Assembly (NCBI GenBank): GCA_040285855.1
Contig: JAUFOQ010000001.1
Span: 2,294,001 to 2,358,000, forward strand
Source of the DNA: Eukaryota sp. GEM-RC1
Lineage: Eukaryota
Direction: 5' to 3'
DNA length: 64,000 nucleotides
Shown: piece by piece, positions 60,291 to 64,000 of the stretch
Position numbering within the stretch: position 1 is the stretch's first letter
Layout: each line of letters starts with the position of its first letter
Translations under genes and position numbers: made by a program
Notes under the pieces: model-generated
What the model saw: the letters and a program-made list of their open reading frames with translations, nothing else
Database searches by the model: none
What the model was told of the DNA's origin: nothing

Positions 60291-63200
60291 GTCTCCAAAG
60301 CTTTATCAGCAGTGAGTTCCTTTTATGAGGACAAATCAGTTGTTGTAATATTTGATCGCGACGGGTCTTGTGTTAATGATATCAAATTTTAGTCGTTTAG
60401 TCTATTACATTTAGAATAAATTAAGATACAAAAAAACATTTTAAAAAAAGCAATACATACCACTATTACTTAAAGATATCAAATGTTATACACCTCTTGA
60501 ACCCCTTTACAATTTGTTCAGTACACAATGTGACATTTCCCTTGATGACCTAAGAGACTTCTTCCTTTAACCGATTACCTGATTTTAAATAAACATGCTT
60601 CTTTTAGTGTTTCTTTTATGTGGTCAATCTCGTGATCTATTTTCTTGACTGTGTTCTTGATTTCCACAACGAAGTTATGACATCCTGAAACAAATGAGAG
60701 TTTTTCAATTTGCTTGAAGTACAAATGGCCGCCTTCACCTTCAATTTTTTGATCAATGTTCAAAATGGTTCTATAGGAAAAATGTAGTCATCATAGTGAA
60801 CGTGGATGATGTTATTGAAGCTAGATGTGCTTTTGATTCAAACAGGCTTAATATCACTCCAATAGTGTAGTTTCGCAGTGTTTTCGTTACTGATTTTTGA
60901 TTTTCATCTATATTATTGTTTGCAAAGCCTTAGGAACATATAAAATGAGAAAAAAATTGAGGAACATTGAAACATTTATAATAAGTAAAATTCAATTTTT
61001 TTGAAAATATTAATACTAAAGGAAAATTGACAACAATCTAATTGGATTCAACCAATGAATGACTAAATATGAGTCTGTCGATATGGGCAATAATGATAAC
61101 AAATGAAACTAATCAGCTCAGATCTAATGCCTTAAGAGATTTGTCATGATCTATTGGAGCACAAAATAAGAAGAATTTATCCTAAAAACCCAAAAGCAGA
61201 AAAAAGAGAAAAAACAAACAAAGTGTACAGAAGAATCCTCTTTGAGTAGGGATCAAGTTATCAACTAGAACCACAATGAAATATCTAACTGTTGAAGTTC
61301 CAAGTTGACACTTTTATAGAGGTTATCCTAGAGAAGTAGACATAATGAGCAGTCGTAAACTGGACCAAAAGGGATTGAAGTTTAACCAGAGTAAATCAAA
61401 GACAAACGTTCAACATGATGGGAATCACATGTAAATATTCAGGTACAACGGCTTCAAACTTCATCTCAAATTATATCATGAGGTACTACTAGTTGGGTGC
61501 TACACGGAGATCGGTGAATTGTTGCAGAAGAACTTGTGTACAAATGACAAAAGCACAGACACGTTGTTAGGAACAAACATAGAAGAAGCTTGAAGGAAAA
61601 CAATGATTCATGTCTCTATTTCTTCCCTGAGCGTTTTCCCGATGGAGAGGGGGACGCTCGTCGTCGCGCGCGTTGAATTCAACGTCTAGTCTGATTCAAC
61701 AAGCCTTACATCTCTTTCTCTTTCCACGATCTCCCTCTTCTTGCAAAGTAGGTATCGTGTCTTCATATATTCACAGTACATCTCTACCCTTTGAGCTCTG
61801 TTACTTCTCCGTATACACTGATACCTCACACACTTCTTTACATCATCACTCTTCAGTCTTCAACTCCTACTACTTATCATTTCACTTGCCCATTGTGACT
61901 CTCTACTTGTCAAACACTAGTACTCACCACTGATTTAGGCCATCACTTCAATCTCAAGAAAACTCTGATATGAATGTCCAACATGAGTTACTTTCTATTA
62001 AGGTACCCTATTTATCACTAATGACAGTGTTACTTACTTTCCAGCATTCACACTACCTAAATCTACAGTCTTTTGAATTGACTGATTGTTGTTTTTTCTT
62101 GGTATAATTCTCAATGAAAGCAGTAGAACACCTTTTTTCTGATTTGATCTAGACCAAAGCTGTTTGTAATACCACATTCATTGTTCCCATTGATAAGGGA
62201 ATCTTGTGTACTTAATTAATGGTTCTATTCAGTGGAGGAAGGAATTTTCACTACTCAGAATCTTTATCTTTGTGTTTCTGTCATTTTAGTTCATTTGAAC
62301 TTTCCTAAACTAGATTCTTTTTCCATCAGTCGAGATTGTGTTTCTCAGATGAAAATAGATTTAAAAACAACACCTTACAGTAAAACACTGAATAGACGTT
62401 TCTGTTCAATTCAGTGTAAACTATTAAAATCTGATACTTAAATCTTTTGTTAATTTTTGGAAATTTCCTTAGATTTCAAGGAAGCTTTGTACTGTGTAGC
62501 ATTGAACCCATGTGCATTAACGTCAATTAAAACACCTTGCATTTCATTCAATTAAAAATATCATTCATTAAATTCATAGAAAAAGACCCTTATCATCCGA
62601 TATCTAAATTTGACTAACTTCATTGCCTTTTTCCCTCAACTCTTTGTCAAAAGTTAAAGAACAACTCAAGGTATTTCCAGTACCAAGATCAACAATCTTT
62701 TGGGAAGATTCTCTAACCAAGTTGTTGATCAAATCATGTAGAATTGTCTGAGTGTTGATAAAAACTTCAGCGATTCCCTTTTCTATTTCTTCTTTTGTTC
62801 AAGATACTTTAGCTATTGCGCTGGCCCTGAAGTCCACAGAAAGAGAAGTTAAACGACGAGAAGTTTTAAATCGTTTATAATAGTAGTTTAATCATTGTAC
62901 TTTGGTTCACTTTGAATTAAATTGATTGTTGTCTGTGATGTCTGAAGGCGGACTGTGTGAAGCTTATAATTGTACATACTTATAATCGAATATGATTAGG
63001 AAGACTCTGAACTGGGGTATGATTTGGATTTATTCGACATAAAGTTTGAAAATTGGAGAATCAACGATAAACAACTTGTTCTTTTGTTTATCACCAATGT
63101 TGGCTCACGTGAAGCGTACATCAATGGAGCAAGAAGTGCAGAGAATACGAAAGGGTTTTCAGGATTGGGTAATTTTTCAATTCTTTTGACTTTGTTGTTT

Positions 63201-64000
63201 GACTTTTCTAGATTACAAAGCTTTGCAGTGATTGTAGAAGGATGGAAGACGAATCTTTCAACAGCGTCTACACAATAATAGTAAAATAAAATGAAGTTGA
63301 TAAATATATCTGGCTTTTGTGAAATATCTAAACTGCCTTTAAACAATTTTACAAATTTAGAGAATAACTGAGAACCTTGCCACCAGACGTATTCTCTGTA
63401 CGAGAAGAAGACGTTCAGCGTTTAGAAGAGGATGAACGAGCATATTTTTCAGCAGAAGTAGCAAAATCAGTGGTTGATCCTCCGAAGACGACCTTTAGTT
63501 AGGTCAGCTGATTTGTCAGGAAGCGATGATATATTCTTAGATCTAGTAATTCTACTGAAAAGCATGAAAGGAGAAATAGAATTCGAGACATTTATTTATT
63601 AAAACATAAACAGAATCTAAAGAAACTAAAATACAAAGCAAGTAAAACATAAGTCAAATTATAAGACGGACAGTACCTGACCAGTAACAGTAAATCAATC
63701 ATCAGAAATGTTGGAAAATCTCGATCTTCATCATTCGTGGCATATTTGTAGGTGTTTACAATAATTATGTATTTCTTCTTTTGTTGATTGAAGTACATAA
63801 ATAAGCGGATTTATGTGCGGAGAAAAACACACAACCAGAAAACAACAAATAAATCAACACTATAAAAACAATTATCAAACGAACTACCTAATTCCGAAAA
63901 GTAGTTGCCTTCAAACAACTTGGACAAAATGGAATCAACATATCTATACATAGACCTAACATTGAAAAAAACAAATTTACTCTTCCAGTACGATCTGTTA

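Noticed and set aside
60300..64000. Short ORFs in the last 4 kb, including 62996..63346
   Set aside because: No recognisable motifs and frequent stops; probably decayed sequence.

Overview
AT-rich, gene-sparse eukaryotic DNA in the standard genetic code. A 32-nt GTATGT...CTAAC-CTATAG intron and very divergent conserved genes suggest a metamonad-like protist (inference). Conserved genes: coatomer alpha (COPA), a CenH3-like histone H3 variant and a 4-unit polyubiquitin. The dominant feature is an intronless family of RI/NLRC3-type LRR proteins (7 near-complete genes, 3 fragments). All near-complete members share an unrecognised ~150-aa N-terminal domain (RFQQSLLVLIH...GY.SNHFFES...SVFLH...FP.LK.L), carry 3-15 28-aa (84-bp) modules with variable concave-face residues, and have different leaders. 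One leader is an eIF4B-like RRM, a candidate integrated decoy. The window also holds a Crinkler-like NTPase + PD-(D/E)xK nuclease gene and a RING-pseudokinase-TLDc gene. Many DNA transposons/MITEs have verifiable TIRs and 8-bp TSDs, and they repeatedly insert into the termini of other transposons. There are also CRE-like retrotransposon debris and stray CCT and LSU rRNA fragments. Many genes break at homopolymer runs, most likely long-read assembly errors. All calls were made by eye without database searches.
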